Part shown: piece by piece, positions 21,154 to 30,491 of the stretch
Layout: each line of letters starts with the position of its first letter
Numbering within the stretch: the first letter of the stretch is position 1
Source: an uncultured Sulfurimonas sp.
GTDB lineage: Bacteria; Campylobacterota; Campylobacteria; Campylobacterales; Sulfurimonadaceae
Assembly (NCBI GenBank): GCA_964358925.1
Contig: CAYHRD010000001.1
Span: 1-46,832, forward strand
Direction: 5' to 3'
DNA length: 46,832 nucleotides
Notes under the pieces: model-generated
The model's database searches: none
Seen by the model: only the letters and a program-made list of their open reading frames with translations
Told to the model about the DNA's origin: nothing
Made by a program: the position numbers and the translations under genes

Positions 21154-21168
21154 TAGTAATCATTATCA
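21154..21168. promoter_or_regulatory. Fur/PerR-like box upstream of the ferredoxin gene
   Basis: TAGTAATCATTATCA, 2 mismatches to TGATAATnATTATCA. Confidence 0.5.
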
Positions 21169-21306
21169 AATCCCTCAATTACGGAGGATTTGTTATGTGA
21201 AAAGCGTAACAAATTTATATTATTATGCTTGAATAAAAGATATTTTAGCTGTATTTAAAAATCTTTTGTTAAACTTACTTCGAAATTAAAAACTAGGAGA
21301 ATCCTA

Positions 21307-21591
21307 ATGGCAGTAATTATTGGTGATACATGTATTAACTGTGGCGCTTGTATAGATGAGTGTCCGGTAGAAGCGATTGTAGACGAGGATGATAACCCGA
21401 CAGGTAATGATACTTACTATGTATATGGTAATAAATGTGTAGAGTGTGTAGGTCATCATGATGAGCCTGCTTGTGCTACGGCATGTCCTACTGAAGGATG
21501 TATTACATGGGATGTTGTCGGTGAAAGTCCGGCGCATCGTGAAGACATTTCAGATGATATGCGTGGAATCGGCAAAGCCGTAGTAGCATAA
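21307..21591 (+). CDS. fdxA: 2[4Fe-4S] ferredoxin (YfhL/Alvin-type)
   Basis: CINCGACIDECP and CVECVGHHDEPACATACP; upstream of ndk. Confidence 0.92.
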   Translation: MAVIIGDTCINCGACIDECPVEAIVDEDDNPTGNDTYYVYGNKCVECVGHHDEPACATACPTEGCITWDVVGESPAHREDISDDMRGIGKAVVA

Positions 21592-21602
21592 TCTTTTTAT
21601 AA

Positions 21603-21631
21603 AACCACAAAGAGTAAAACACTTTGTGGTT
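21603..21631 (+). terminator. Stem-loop after the ferredoxin gene
   Basis: AACCACAAAG / CTTTGTGGTT perfect 10-bp inverted repeat just after the stop. Confidence 0.6.
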
Positions 21632-21734
21632 CCCTCTTACTCTCTTTAATCAATAATTTTTCTCATTTCAACTTAAAACAGACTCTTTTTGGATACAATT
21701 CCATCTTAATTTTATATACTTAATAGGAGATTTG

Positions 21735-22148
21735 ATGGAACGCACACTATCAATAATAAAACCAGACGCCGTTGCTAAAGGTGTTATCGGTAAAATTTTA
21801 GATCGTTTTGAGAGCAATGGTCTTAAAATAGCAGCAACAAGAAAAATTCAACTTTCTCGTGCAGATGCAGAGGCTTTCTATGCAGTTCACTCTGAAAGAT
21901 CTTTTTTCGGTGATTTAGTTGATTTTATGATTAGCGGTCCAGTGGTTGTTTCAGTATTAGAAGGTGAAAACGCAGTAATGAAAAACCGTAACCTAATGGG
22001 TGCAACAAATCCTAAAGAGGCTGAAGCAGGAACAATTCGTGCAGATTTCGCTGAAAATATAGATGCAAATGCAGTTCACGGAAGTGATTCTGCTGAAAAT
22101 GCAGCTGTTGAAATCGCATTTTTCTTCTCTACAAGAGAAATCTCTTAA
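21735..22148 (+). CDS. ndk: Nucleoside-diphosphate kinase
   Basis: [31 protein letters not shown]; ATG 21735 follows AGGAG. Confidence 0.98.
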   Translation: MERTLSIIKPDAVAKGVIGKILDRFESNGLKIAATRKIQLSRADAEAFYAVHSERSFFGDLVDFMISGPVVVSVLEGENAVMKNRNLMGATNPKEAEAGTIRADFAENIDANAVHGSDSAENAAVEIAFFFSTREIS

Positions 22149-22195
22149 TTTATGAAGAAAAAATCAGTAAAACTGCCTTATAAAAGGTTGGCTTT

Positions 22196-22576
22196 ATGAA
22201 AGTAGTATTGCGAAAAGTAAATACTACGCCTTTAGACTTTGAAATCAAATCAAATGAAATAACTTTTAAAGGTTATTTACAGTATGATTCCGGCAAATTA
22301 ATTTTGTTAAAAGCAAAATTAAGTGGAAAAATTGATGTAGATTGTGATATTTGCGCTGATGAGTTTAAGCTTGATGTTGATGAAGATGTAGAATTTTTCA
22401 TCTCTGACGGTATTTATGAAAAAAGTGAAGACTCTCTATTGGATGTTGTAGAAGTGTTGAATTCTACGGCAGATTTAGAAGAAATCATGAATTCAGAGAT
22501 AGAACTTATAAAAAGCGATTATAATGTCTGCGAAAATTGTAAGAAAAGTAGTGCTAATTTAGAGGAAGCATTTTAA
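22196..22576 (+). CDS. YceD/DUF177-family protein
   Basis: CDIC and CENC pairs; position upstream of rpmF-plsX-fabH. Confidence 0.8.
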   Translation: MKVVLRKVNTTPLDFEIKSNEITFKGYLQYDSGKLILLKAKLSGKIDVDCDICADEFKLDVDEDVEFFISDGIYEKSEDSLLDVVEVLNSTADLEEIMNSEIELIKSDYNVCENCKKSSANLEEAF

Positions 22577-22588
22577 ATAGTGTTTCTC

Positions 22589-22675
22589 TCCTGAAAAAGG
22601 ACAAGCTTTAGTGCCAAGCGGTTTATCCTCCTTGGTCGAGGGCAAGCGTAGCAAGATGGGCTTTGCTCATATTGC
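22589..22675 (+). repeat. Structured dispersed repeat, family B, copy 1
   Basis: Shares CAAGCTTTAGTGCCA (15/15) and AGCGTAGCAAnATGGGCTTTGCTnATnTTG (27/30) with 27453-27520. Confidence 0.8.
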
Positions 22676-22705
22676 GTTTTTAAACAAAAAAGAAAGGAAT
22701 ATATT

Positions 22706-22855
22706 ATGGCAGTACCAAAACGAAGAGTCTCTCATTCTCGCGCAGCGAAAAGAAGAACTCACTATAAAATCTCTTTAGCTCGTCCAGTTAAAGACAAAGA
22801 TGGAACATACAAGCTTCCACACCATATTAACCCAACTACCGGTGAGTATAAATAG
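22706..22855 (+). CDS. rpmF: 50S ribosomal protein L32 (49 aa, Cys-free; absent from the ORF track)
   Basis: Manual translation [49 protein letters not shown]; RBS AAGGA; directly before plsX. Confidence 0.96.
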   Translation: MAVPKRRVSHSRAAKRRTHYKISLARPVKDKDGTYKLPHHINPTTGEYK

Positions 22856-22858
22856 TCA

Positions 22859-23857
22859 ATGGTAAAGATTGCTATTGACGCAATGGGCGGGGACTTCGGT
22901 CCTAAGCCAATTGTAGAAGGTTGTATTCAAGCTCTCAAGCAAAAAAATTTCATTCCTATTCTTGTAGGTAAAAAATCAGAAATTTTACCTCTGTTACCTA
23001 AGCGTTATAGAGATAAGATTTTTATAGTTGAAGCCGATGATGTTATATCTATGGATGATGCAGCTACCGATGCACTTAAAAGAAGTGAAAGTTCAATTTA
23101 TAAAGCTATTGAATTAGTAAAAAACGGTGAAGCTCACGGTGTAGTTTCTGCCGGACATAGCGGAGCGACTATGACTTTGGCTACTCTTAGATTGGGACGA
23201 CTAAAAGGTGTTTTAAGACCTGCTCTTGTAGCGTTGATGCCGACAAAAACCACTCGTAAGTCAGTAGTTCTGGATGTTGGAGCTAATGTTGACTCTAAAG
23301 CTGAGCATTTAGCTCAATTTGCCGTAATGGGTGGATGTTATGCTGAAGATATGTTTAAAATTGCAAATCCGTCTATCGGGCTTTTAGCAAACGGTGAAGA
23401 GAAAAGCAAGGGTAACGAAGTTACAAAAGCGGCATTCAAACTGCTTGAAGGATATAAAGGCTTTAAAGGCAATGTTGAGGGCAGTGATATCTTTAATGCT
23501 AGCTGTGATGTTATAGTGTGTGACGGCTTTGTCGGTAACTTGGTGTTAAAGGCATCTGAGGGAGTAGCTTCTACTATCAGCGGATTGATAAAAGAGTATA
23601 TAAGAAAATCTCCAATAGCTATTACAGGCGCACTTTTAATGAGAAAAGTATTTGTTCTGCTCAAAAAACAGATGGACTATGCTGAGATAGGCGGTGCTCC
23701 GCTTATCGGGATTCGAGGCTGCGCAATAGTAAGTCATGGCAAAAGCAATCCCAAAGCTATAAAAAATGCGATTTTTCAGGCAATAAGTTATGTCGATACC
23801 GGTGTCAACGAACATATTATCGAGAGACTTGAAGCGTTAAAAAACAAGGAAAAATAA
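22859..23857 (+). CDS. plsX: Phosphate acyltransferase
   Basis: [38 protein letters not shown]. Confidence 0.97.
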   Translation: MVKIAIDAMGGDFGPKPIVEGCIQALKQKNFIPILVGKKSEILPLLPKRYRDKIFIVEADDVISMDDAATDALKRSESSIYKAIELVKNGEAHGVVSAGHSGATMTLATLRLGRLKGVLRPALVALMPTKTTRKSVVLDVGANVDSKAEHLAQFAVMGGCYAEDMFKIANPSIGLLANGEEKSKGNEVTKAAFKLLEGYKGFKGNVEGSDIFNASCDVIVCDGFVGNLVLKASEGVASTISGLIKEYIRKSPIAITGALLMRKVFVLLKKQMDYAEIGGAPLIGIRGCAIVSHGKSNPKAIKNAIFQAISYVDTGVNEHIIERLEALKNKEK

Positions 23858-24858
23858 TGGCGTATGCGGCGTTTCGTTCCATAGGTGCTTATGCTCCTGA
23901 TAAAATACTTTCTAATGATGAGCTCTCTTTAATGGTCGACACATCGGATGAGTGGATAACCAAAAGAACCGGTATAAAAGAGCGCCGCATTGCAGCAGAT
24001 GATGAATTTACAAGCGATATGGGTACTAAAGCTGCCCAAAAAGCAATAGAGCGAAGCGGTATAGATAAAAGTGAAATCGATATGGTTATATGTGCTACAA
24101 TTTCACCGGATTACTTTTGTATGCCCTCTACGGCGACTATCATCTCTACAAAACTCGGTCTTGAAAATGTTACGGCATTTGATATCTCTGCAGCTTGTAC
24201 AGGTTTTGTCTATGTTTTATCGATAGCAAAAGCATTTATAGAATCAGGAATGAAAAAAAACATTCTTATAATCGGTGCTGAAAAACTCTCGGCTATAACT
24301 GATTACACCGACAGAGGCACATGCATTCTTTTTGGTGACGGTGCGGGTGCTGCTATAATTAGTGCAACTGACAATAAAGATGAAGCAATCATTGATGTTC
24401 ACACAGGAGCTGACGGACAATTTGCAGATTTGCTTATGTCGCCAAACGGCGGAAGCGGATCTGTTCATGATACTTTAGAGCAAGAAGCAACTAGTTGCTT
24501 TATGCAGATGAAAGGGAATGAAACTTTTAAAGTTGCCGTTAAAACTTTGACAAAAGATGTTGTCGATATTTTAAATGATAATAATATTACTAGTTCTGAC
24601 ATCAAACATTTTGTGCCGCATCAAGCAAACTTAAGAATTATAAAAGCTGTCGGAGATGCATTAAAGCTAGCAGATGAGCAAGTAGTAATTACAGTTGAAA
24701 AATATGGAAATACTTCAGGCGCTTCTATCCCGATGGCGATAAATGATATCTATGAAAATGGAATGCTAAAAGCAGGTGAGCTTATGCTGTTGGATGCTTT
24801 TGGCGGGGGTCTAACTTGGGGTTCGGCTCTAGTTCCATTTTCACCACGCAAACAGTAA
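23857..24858 (+). CDS. fabH: Beta-ketoacyl-ACP synthase III
   Basis: [39 protein letters not shown]. Confidence 0.97.
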   Translation: MAYAAFRSIGAYAPDKILSNDELSLMVDTSDEWITKRTGIKERRIAADDEFTSDMGTKAAQKAIERSGIDKSEIDMVICATISPDYFCMPSTATIISTKLGLENVTAFDISAACTGFVYVLSIAKAFIESGMKKNILIIGAEKLSAITDYTDRGTCILFGDGAGAAIISATDNKDEAIIDVHTGADGQFADLLMSPNGGSGSVHDTLEQEATSCFMQMKGNETFKVAVKTLTKDVVDILNDNNITSSDIKHFVPHQANLRIIKAVGDALKLADEQVVITVEKYGNTSGASIPMAINDIYENGMLKAGELMLLDAFGGGLTWGSALVPFSPRKQ

Positions 24859-24873
24859 TGTATTTTAATGAAG

Positions 24874-24903
24874 CATAGATTGCTTCACTTCGTTCGCAAT
24901 GAC
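24874..24903. repeat. REP-like palindromic repeat, family A, single unit
   Basis: CATAGATTGCTTCACTTCGTTCGCAATGAC, exact reverse complement of 37479-37508. Confidence 0.85.
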
Positions 24904-25274
24904 AGGAAAGTTTTGCTTAGAGCTTCTTTGATTCTTCTGTAAAACTCCTCTTCATTAGGAAGATGAAGATTTGCTTCTCTTAGCTTTTCTCCCCACATCG
25001 GGTTTGGAAAATAGCTGTCATCTTTAAATCTTGCCATTACATGTATGTGAACGCGTGGGAGCATATTTGCAAACGACGCCATATTAATCTTAGTCGGATT
25101 GTAGTAGTTCTTCATCTCAAGCTCTATGATGTCATAAACTTCCCAAAGTCTTGAGCGTAAATCTTTTGGAACATCACCCAACTCTTTATAAGGCTCTTTT
25201 GTAAAAATTTTCAGCCATGGAATTTCACTCGGCTCTTTTTCTATAAACAAGTCATTATCTTCATAAATAATCAT
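24885..25274 (-). CDS. HIT-family protein
   Basis: PTKINMASFANMLPRVHIHVMARFKDD..PNPMWG. Confidence 0.85.
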   Translation of the reverse strand: MIIYEDNDLFIEKEPSEIPWLKIFTKEPYKELGDVPKDLRSRLWEVYDIIELEMKNYYNPTKINMASFANMLPRVHIHVMARFKDDSYFPNPMWGEKLREANLHLPNEEEFYRRIKEALSKTFLSLRTK

Positions 25275-25350
25275 ATCGGCTCTTTTTTTGATTAAATTAT
25301 ATCGTTTTTTGAGGGTTTTAAATGGGGTTAAAAGTAGTTTGTATCACAGT

Positions 25351-25374
25351 AAACCCGAAATAAATTTCGGGTTT
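25351..25374 (-). terminator. Stem-loop downstream of the DEAD-box helicase
   Basis: AAACCCGAAAT-AA-ATTTCGGGTTT inverted repeat just past the stop at 25392. Confidence 0.65.
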
Positions 25375-25391
25375 GTAGTTTATAGCAGTCT

Positions 25392-27041
25392 TTAGTCTCT
25401 AGTTCTATTACGGTTTCTATCACTGCTGCCTGAGCGACTTCTTTCTCCGCCGCCAGCGCCGCCGCTAGGGTTTGTGCCACGGTAACCGCCGCCGCTTGGA
25501 CGACTACTTCTCTCACCGCCACCTTCGCTTGAACGAGGTCTGTCACCGCTTCCAGAGCGATTTCTATCGCCACTTCCAGAACGGTTTCTATCGCCGCTGC
25601 CACTGCCTGAACGACTTCTTGTTCCTTTGTAACCGCCACGACCGCCACTTCTGTTATCGCCTCTTTTGCTAGCACGATCTAAGATAGCCGCTAATTTATC
25701 AGCCGGAATACCTATTGTATTTGGACCTTGAATTGTTTGTTTGTCTAAAATCATAGAAACCAGTTTAAACATAATTGTCTCTTCGTCTATATCTTCTTTT
25801 AGCATATCAAGAATTTGATGTGCTTCATCATATATATGTTGCTCTTCTATGTTTGTGACAATAGATTTTAGATTGATTGCTCTTAAATCATTTTTGCTTG
25901 GAACGAATGCATGAGTCATTGTCGTTCCGACTTTTGTTTTGATTCTCTGTAACTCTTTAAACTCTAGCGGAGTTAACAGTGTAATTGCTTTACCTTTTGT
26001 TCCTGCTCTTCCCGTTCTACCTATACGGTGAACATAAGACTCCGGATCAAATGGAATATGGTAGTTGAAAACATGAGATATATTGTCAACATGTATACCG
26101 CGAGCAGCAACATCAGTAGCAACTAAAACTTTAACGCTGTTGTTTTTAAAGCCCTTGATTACAGTTTCTCTTTGTCTCTGCTCCATATCTCCATGAAGTC
26201 CATTTGCTAGGTATCCGGCACTTGAGAGAACATTTGAAAGTCTATCTACTTCACTTTTTGTTCTACAAAATACTATTGATTTTTTACTTTTTTCAGAATC
26301 CATCAGACGGATGATTGCGTCATCTCTCTCAGACTCTTCGATTACATAATACTCTTGGTTAATGTCCGAATTTGTAGTTTCACCTTTTGTGATACTGATA
26401 AATTCCGGATTATCTAAAATTCTCTCTGCAAGAAGTTTAATAGGCTTTGGCATAGTTGCTGAGAAAAGAAGTGTTTGACGGTTTGACGGAAGGTATGAGA
26501 AGATTTCATTGATATCATCTAAAAATCCCATGTCAAGCATCTCATCTGCTTCATCAAGTACGACAATACCAGGAGCAAAATCTTTTATAAGGTTCTTTTT
26601 AAGTATGTCTAAAAGTCTACCCGGAGTTGCAACAACAACACTTGCACCTCTTTGGATAAGATCAATCTGTCTATTGTATGAACTTCCGCCATACACTGTT
26701 ACAGTTTTAGCACCGATATTTCTTCCATACTTGAATAATTCGTCGCTTACTTGAGTTGCAAGCTCGCGAGTAGGAGTTATAACTAAAATTCCGACACCGT
26801 CTCTTGTGTCAATGTTGTTAAGTGCAGGAAGACCGAAAGCCGCTGTTTTACCTGTACCGGTATGAGCTTGACCGACGATATCGCGACCTGCTAAGATAAA
26901 CGGTATTGCCGCTGCTTGAATCGGGCTTGGAATTGTAAATCCGGCATCTTTGACACTTTGAAGTATCTCTTTTTTCAATCCTAAATCATCAAATGTGATT
27001 ACTTTTTCGTTCTCGTTTGTTTGTGCATTTTCTTGCATCAT
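25392..27041 (-). CDS. DEAD-box RNA helicase (DeaD/CshA-like) with R/G/S-rich tail
   Basis: Q motif, AHTGTGKT, PTRELA, TPGRL, DEAD, SAT, ARGI, HRIGRTGRAG. Confidence 0.96.
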   Translation of the reverse strand: MMQENAQTNENEKVITFDDLGLKKEILQSVKDAGFTIPSPIQAAAIPFILAGRDIVGQAHTGTGKTAAFGLPALNNIDTRDGVGILVITPTRELATQVSDELFKYGRNIGAKTVTVYGGSSYNRQIDLIQRGASVVVATPGRLLDILKKNLIKDFAPGIVVLDEADEMLDMGFLDDINEIFSYLPSNRQTLLFSATMPKPIKLLAERILDNPEFISITKGETTNSDINQEYYVIEESERDDAIIRLMDSEKSKKSIVFCRTKSEVDRLSNVLSSAGYLANGLHGDMEQRQRETVIKGFKNNSVKVLVATDVAARGIHVDNISHVFNYHIPFDPESYVHRIGRTGRAGTKGKAITLLTPLEFKELQRIKTKVGTTMTHAFVPSKNDLRAINLKSIVTNIEEQHIYDEAHQILDMLKEDIDEETIMFKLVSMILDKQTIQGPNTIGIPADKLAAILDRASKRGDNRSGGRGGYKGTRSRSGSGSGDRNRSGSGDRNRSGSGDRPRSSEGGGERSSRPSGGGYRGTNPSGGAGGGERSRSGSSDRNRNRTRD

Positions 27042-27265
27042 TTTCCTTTAAGTAGGAGATGATACAAGCATGTCACTAATGACATGGCACCTTCCCCTAA
27101 AATATTTGGCGAATTATACCCAAATATATTGGATTTTTTATTTAAATAAATAATATTTAGAATTATTTAAGTTTATATTGTGTAGAAAAGGGATTTTAAA
27201 AGTCTTTGGTAAGTGATGATTTTGGGCTATTGACAGAAACCGTAAATTGAAATTTCTGAACAAAC

Positions 27266-27371
27266 ATAGATTGCTTCGTAGTAAACTCCTTGGCACATGA
27301 CGGTCATTGAGATTGCCGCGCTTGTCATTGCGAGCAAAGCGCGGCAATCTCAATGACAAGCGCGGCAATCT
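27266..27371. repeat. REP-like palindromic repeat cluster, family A
   Basis: AGATTGCTTCG.., GTCATTGCGAGCAAAGCGCGGCAATCT and two overlapping perfect 21-bp inverted repeats. Confidence 0.85.
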
Positions 27372-27452
27372 AATCTTGATTTAATCAGAGACTTCAATTA
27401 TTTAATTTTTTAGATATTATTAGACTTCTTTTGTAAACTTCAAGAAGCATTC

Positions 27453-27520
27453 TGCCTTGCAAGAGGCAAGCTTTAGTGCCATAGCGGCTAGCGTAGCAAA
27501 ATGGGCTTTGCTTATTTTGT
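27453..27520 (+). repeat. Structured dispersed repeat, family B, copy 2
   Basis: Same blocks as 22589-22675; hairpins TGCCT/AGGCA and GCAAAATGGGC/GCTTATTTTGT. Confidence 0.8.
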
Positions 27521-27553
27521 GTGTAAATATATTATATAAAGGAATAACCCATT

Positions 27554-27772
27554 ATGCAAATACAAACACAATATACTTACGAAAAAACTTGGAGAACAAC
27601 GAAAGAGGAAGATCTTTTACGAATTATAGCCGAAGAGGTAGGCGATGCGGATCCAAAAGGTACGCTGGCGTATATTAAAGAGGCAATAAAAAGCGGCAAA
27701 GTGATAACGGTCGGCAGTTGTAGGTTTAGAGAAGAGAAAAAAGAGATAGCTGAGGGAAAAAATGACAAATGA
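27554..27772 (+). CDS. Small hypothetical protein (72 aa)
   Basis: RBS AAAGGA, normal composition, overlaps the DoxX start. Confidence 0.65.
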   Translation: MQIQTQYTYEKTWRTTKEEDLLRIIAEEVGDADPKGTLAYIKEAIKSGKVITVGSCRFREEKKEIAEGKNDK

Positions 27773-28145
27773 TATAGCAAAGCTTATTTTAAGGCTTAGT
27801 GTCGGAATAATGATGCTTTTTCACGGATTTCATAAGATGATACATGGGATAGGCGGAGTAAAAGAGCTGACGGTAAGTGCAGGACTCCCTGAGTTTTTAG
27901 CCTATGGAGTTTATGTCGGAGAGGTAGTTGTGCCTATATTTATTCTTCTTGGAACATACGCAAGGGTTGCGTCTTTAGTTTTGGCAGTAAATATGGCTGT
28001 CGCAATTTTTCTAGCGTACGGCAATTCACTCTTTTTGCTCGGCAAACAAGGTGCTCCGCTTTTTGAACTTCCGTTTTTATATCTTGTAATGTCAATTTTG
28101 ATATTTATGCTCGGGAGCGGAAAGTATGCATTCAATAGCAAATAA
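27762..28145 (+). CDS. DoxX-family membrane protein
   Basis: LILRLSVG..FHGFHK, GEVV..LLGTYAR, ELPFLY, GSGKYA. Confidence 0.9.
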   Translation: MTNDIAKLILRLSVGIMMLFHGFHKMIHGIGGVKELTVSAGLPEFLAYGVYVGEVVVPIFILLGTYARVASLVLAVNMAVAIFLAYGNSLFLLGKQGAPLFELPFLYLVMSILIFMLGSGKYAFNSK

Positions 28146-28150
28146 TTCTA

Positions 28151-28708
28151 CTATGGATGCGGTACTTTAATTTTAGAATTTAGGCTCCAACCGATAACTA
28201 CCATAAATACGAGTACTATTGATGAAGGCAAGAGTCCATAAGTTTGCGCTAGATAGACTAACCAGAGTAAAATTGCGCCAAGGGGAGTGGGAACGCCCGT
28301 AAAATATTTACTTACTTCTCCGACATCTGAATTAATATTAAATTGAATGAGTCTTCTAAGTCCTGAGATAACATAGTATATGCTGACGACTGCAGCCAAT
28401 AAAATCGATATACCTGAGAAGTTAAGTGTGTAAACGGCTTGAAAAATTAGAAATACGGGAACAAGAACAAAACTTAAAAAATCTGCAAAGCTATCGAGTT
28501 GAATACCAAATTCATTCGATAAATGGTATTTTCTGGCAATTTTGCCGTCAAATATATCAAAAGCTCCGCCAATCCAAGCTAATATAATAGCTACAAAGAA
28601 GTTATTTTGAGTTATAAAGTAGGTTGCTAAAAGTCCCGCCGTAATATTTACGAATGTAAACAGGTTTGCTAGATTAAAATGTGATGATGAGTTATAGAGA
28701 AATTTCAT
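28151..28708 (-). CDS. CDP-alcohol phosphatidyltransferase (PssA-like)
   Basis: ANLFT, FDIFDGKIAR..FGIQLDSFADFLSF signature, FTGVPTP. Confidence 0.88.
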   Translation of the reverse strand: MKFLYNSSSHFNLANLFTFVNITAGLLATYFITQNNFFVAIILAWIGGAFDIFDGKIARKYHLSNEFGIQLDSFADFLSFVLVPVFLIFQAVYTLNFSGISILLAAVVSIYYVISGLRRLIQFNINSDVGEVSKYFTGVPTPLGAILLWLVYLAQTYGLLPSSIVLVFMVVIGWSLNSKIKVPHP

Positions 28709-28781
28709 ATATTATCCGGTGCAATTGAATTTGATAGAAATTATAACAAAATTAACGGAAACACAATATTTATAATCTACT

Positions 28782-28830
28782 TGATATTAGTTATCAATTT
28801 AAGAAGATTATAAGATGATACTGATTATCA
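28782..28830. promoter_or_regulatory. Two Fur-like boxes upstream of the porin
   Basis: TGATATTAGTTATCA (28782-28796, 2 mismatches) and TGATACTGATTATCA (28816-28830, 1 mismatch). Confidence 0.7.
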
Positions 28831-28881
28831 TTTCCGAAGTTAAATAACTGATGTTAAAATAAAATTACAAAAAGGGTTAGT

Positions 28882-30105
28882 ATGAATAAATCGCTAAAAA
28901 GCATAGTCTTAATTTCTACTTTGGCATATAGCACAACAACTATGGCAGATGAAGTTGTAAAAGCAGAACAAAATGAGATTTCAACTATTGGGCAGGTTTT
29001 TGAGGAAGGTAAAGTTTCAGGAAACATAAGATCTATGTATGCCGGATACAATATAAAGAAAGAGAATGAGAATAACATCTATGCTACCGCTCTTGGCGGT
29101 TATTTAAAGTATGAGACGGCAGAGTTAAACGGTTTTAGCGCGGCTGCGGCTTTTGCAACATCTCATGATATAGGTTTTGTCACAGGAGATAAAGGCGTAA
29201 AACAGAATGATGAGTTATCGTCGTCTAATGGTAAATATACGGTTTTAAGCGAAGCATATCTCAACTATAAATATGATGATTTTAATTTCCGTGCAGGTCG
29301 TCAAGTTATTGATACGCCGCTGGCAAACAGTGATGATATTAGAATGATTCAAAATACATTTGAAGCATATATAGCAACTTATGAAATTTCTAACTTTAAT
29401 TTTATGGCAGGTAAACTGCAAAAGTGGCAAGGTTATGATGCTGGATTGAATGATGGCTGGGTTAAAGCGGGAGAAGAGGGAACATATTTCGGCGGGGCAG
29501 TGTACTCCGATGATATGATGAAAGTAAACGGTTGGTACTACAACATTACCAAACTTACGAATGCCGCTTATTTTGATGCGACTCTTATGTATGAGATAAG
29601 CAGTGATGTGTCAGGCACCGGAGCCGTTCAATATTTAAATGAGAGTGAAATAAGCCTCAGCGGCACAAAAGCAGATATTTACGGAGCTAAGGCAGAATTG
29701 TCGGCTTACGGATTTACTCTAAGCGCGGCATATAACAAATCTCAAAAGAAGACCGGTAAAGCAAGTTTTAGCGGTTTTGGAGGCGGAGCGCTTTTTACGA
29801 GTATGGATACAATGATTTTGGATGAAATAGCTTCTGACCGCGATGCACGAGCAGCGGTGGGAGGCATAAGTTATGAAATTGACGATTTGACTCTCTCTTA
29901 TGCTTTTGGTGATTTTAAGGGTGAAGCAGACAGTCTTGGGCAAAAAGCTCATATCGTAGAGCAAGATATCTGCATAGCATATAATATTATTGAAGATAAG
30001 TTTAGCGTAAGTGCCGTTTATGCAATACAAGCGGATAGAGAGAACTCGGCAAAAACAGATAATGATTGGAATCGTCTTCAAATCAAAGCATCATATAATT
30101 TTTAA
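28882..30105 (+). CDS. Outer-membrane beta-barrel porin (OprD/Campylobacterota OMP-like)
   Basis: Sec signal peptide, LSEAYLNY, GRQVIDTPLA.SDDIRM, amphipathic strands, C-terminal YNF. Confidence 0.85.
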   Translation: MNKSLKSIVLISTLAYSTTTMADEVVKAEQNEISTIGQVFEEGKVSGNIRSMYAGYNIKKENENNIYATALGGYLKYETAELNGFSAAAAFATSHDIGFVTGDKGVKQNDELSSSNGKYTVLSEAYLNYKYDDFNFRAGRQVIDTPLANSDDIRMIQNTFEAYIATYEISNFNFMAGKLQKWQGYDAGLNDGWVKAGEEGTYFGGAVYSDDMMKVNGWYYNITKLTNAAYFDATLMYEISSDVSGTGAVQYLNESEISLSGTKADIYGAKAELSAYGFTLSAAYNKSQKKTGKASFSGFGGGALFTSMDTMILDEIASDRDARAAVGGISYEIDDLTLSYAFGDFKGEADSLGQKAHIVEQDICIAYNIIEDKFSVSAVYAIQADRENSAKTDNDWNRLQIKASYNF

Positions 30106-30114
30106 TACATATCA

Positions 30115-30160
30115 AGCACCCGATATAAATCCGTATATCTGGTGCTAGACTCTTTTTTTA
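30115..30160 (+). terminator. Probable intrinsic terminator after the porin
   Basis: AGCACCcGATATA / TATATCtGGTGCT stem followed by a T-rich run. Confidence 0.55.
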
Positions 30161-30236
30161 TTCTTCTTTAGTTTTTCACCAATATAATCTTTGCTCAAAA
30201 TCACACTTCTCAAAAATAAATAAAACAAAATATATA

Positions 30237-30303
30237 TGATAATAAATATCAAAATCATAAAAGATTAAGTTTTGCTTTGCTATTATATTGATAATAATTA
30301 TCA
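30237..30303 (+). promoter_or_regulatory. Promoter bracketed by two Fur-like boxes
   Basis: TGATAATAAATATCA (30237-30251), extended -10 TGCTATTAT, perfect TGATAATAATTATCA (30289-30303) next to RBS AAGGAG. Confidence 0.8.
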
Positions 30304-30317
30304 TAAAGGAGTATTCA

Positions 30318-30482
30318 ATGTCTGATGTTGCTATGAAAAGCGAAATAGATAAGCTAATAAAAGAGTCCGGATTGCTAAAACATCCAAAAATGCTTTGTTC
30401 TATTGTTAAAGTATTTAAAATGAGGTATCCGGATATTGATGATGCTAGAGTTTGCAAATTTGCAAATGAAGTTTTAAAATAA
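30318..30482 (+). CDS. Small hypothetical protein (54 aa), weakly similar to the YqeY/GatB C-terminal helices
   Basis: ATG 30318 after AAGGAG; the upstream TTG start in the track lies within the Fur box. Confidence 0.65.
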   Translation: MSDVAMKSEIDKLIKESGLLKHPKMLCSIVKVFKMRYPDIDDARVCKFANEVLK

Positions 30483-30491
30483 GGGGTTTTT

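Noticed and set aside
25328-25675. 115-aa Ala/Val-rich ORF
   Set aside because: It is an alternative frame of the repetitive helicase tail with no independent start signals.
27069-27086. Regulatory RNA in the helicase 5' leader (CATGTCA-CTAA-TGACATG)
   Set aside because: A single 7-bp hairpin is not enough evidence without conservation data.
27138-27368. 76-aa ORF, and likewise 37359-37622 and 27457-27678
   Set aside because: These are translations of palindromic repeats (LPRFARND-type peptides), lack an RBS, or overlap better-supported genes.
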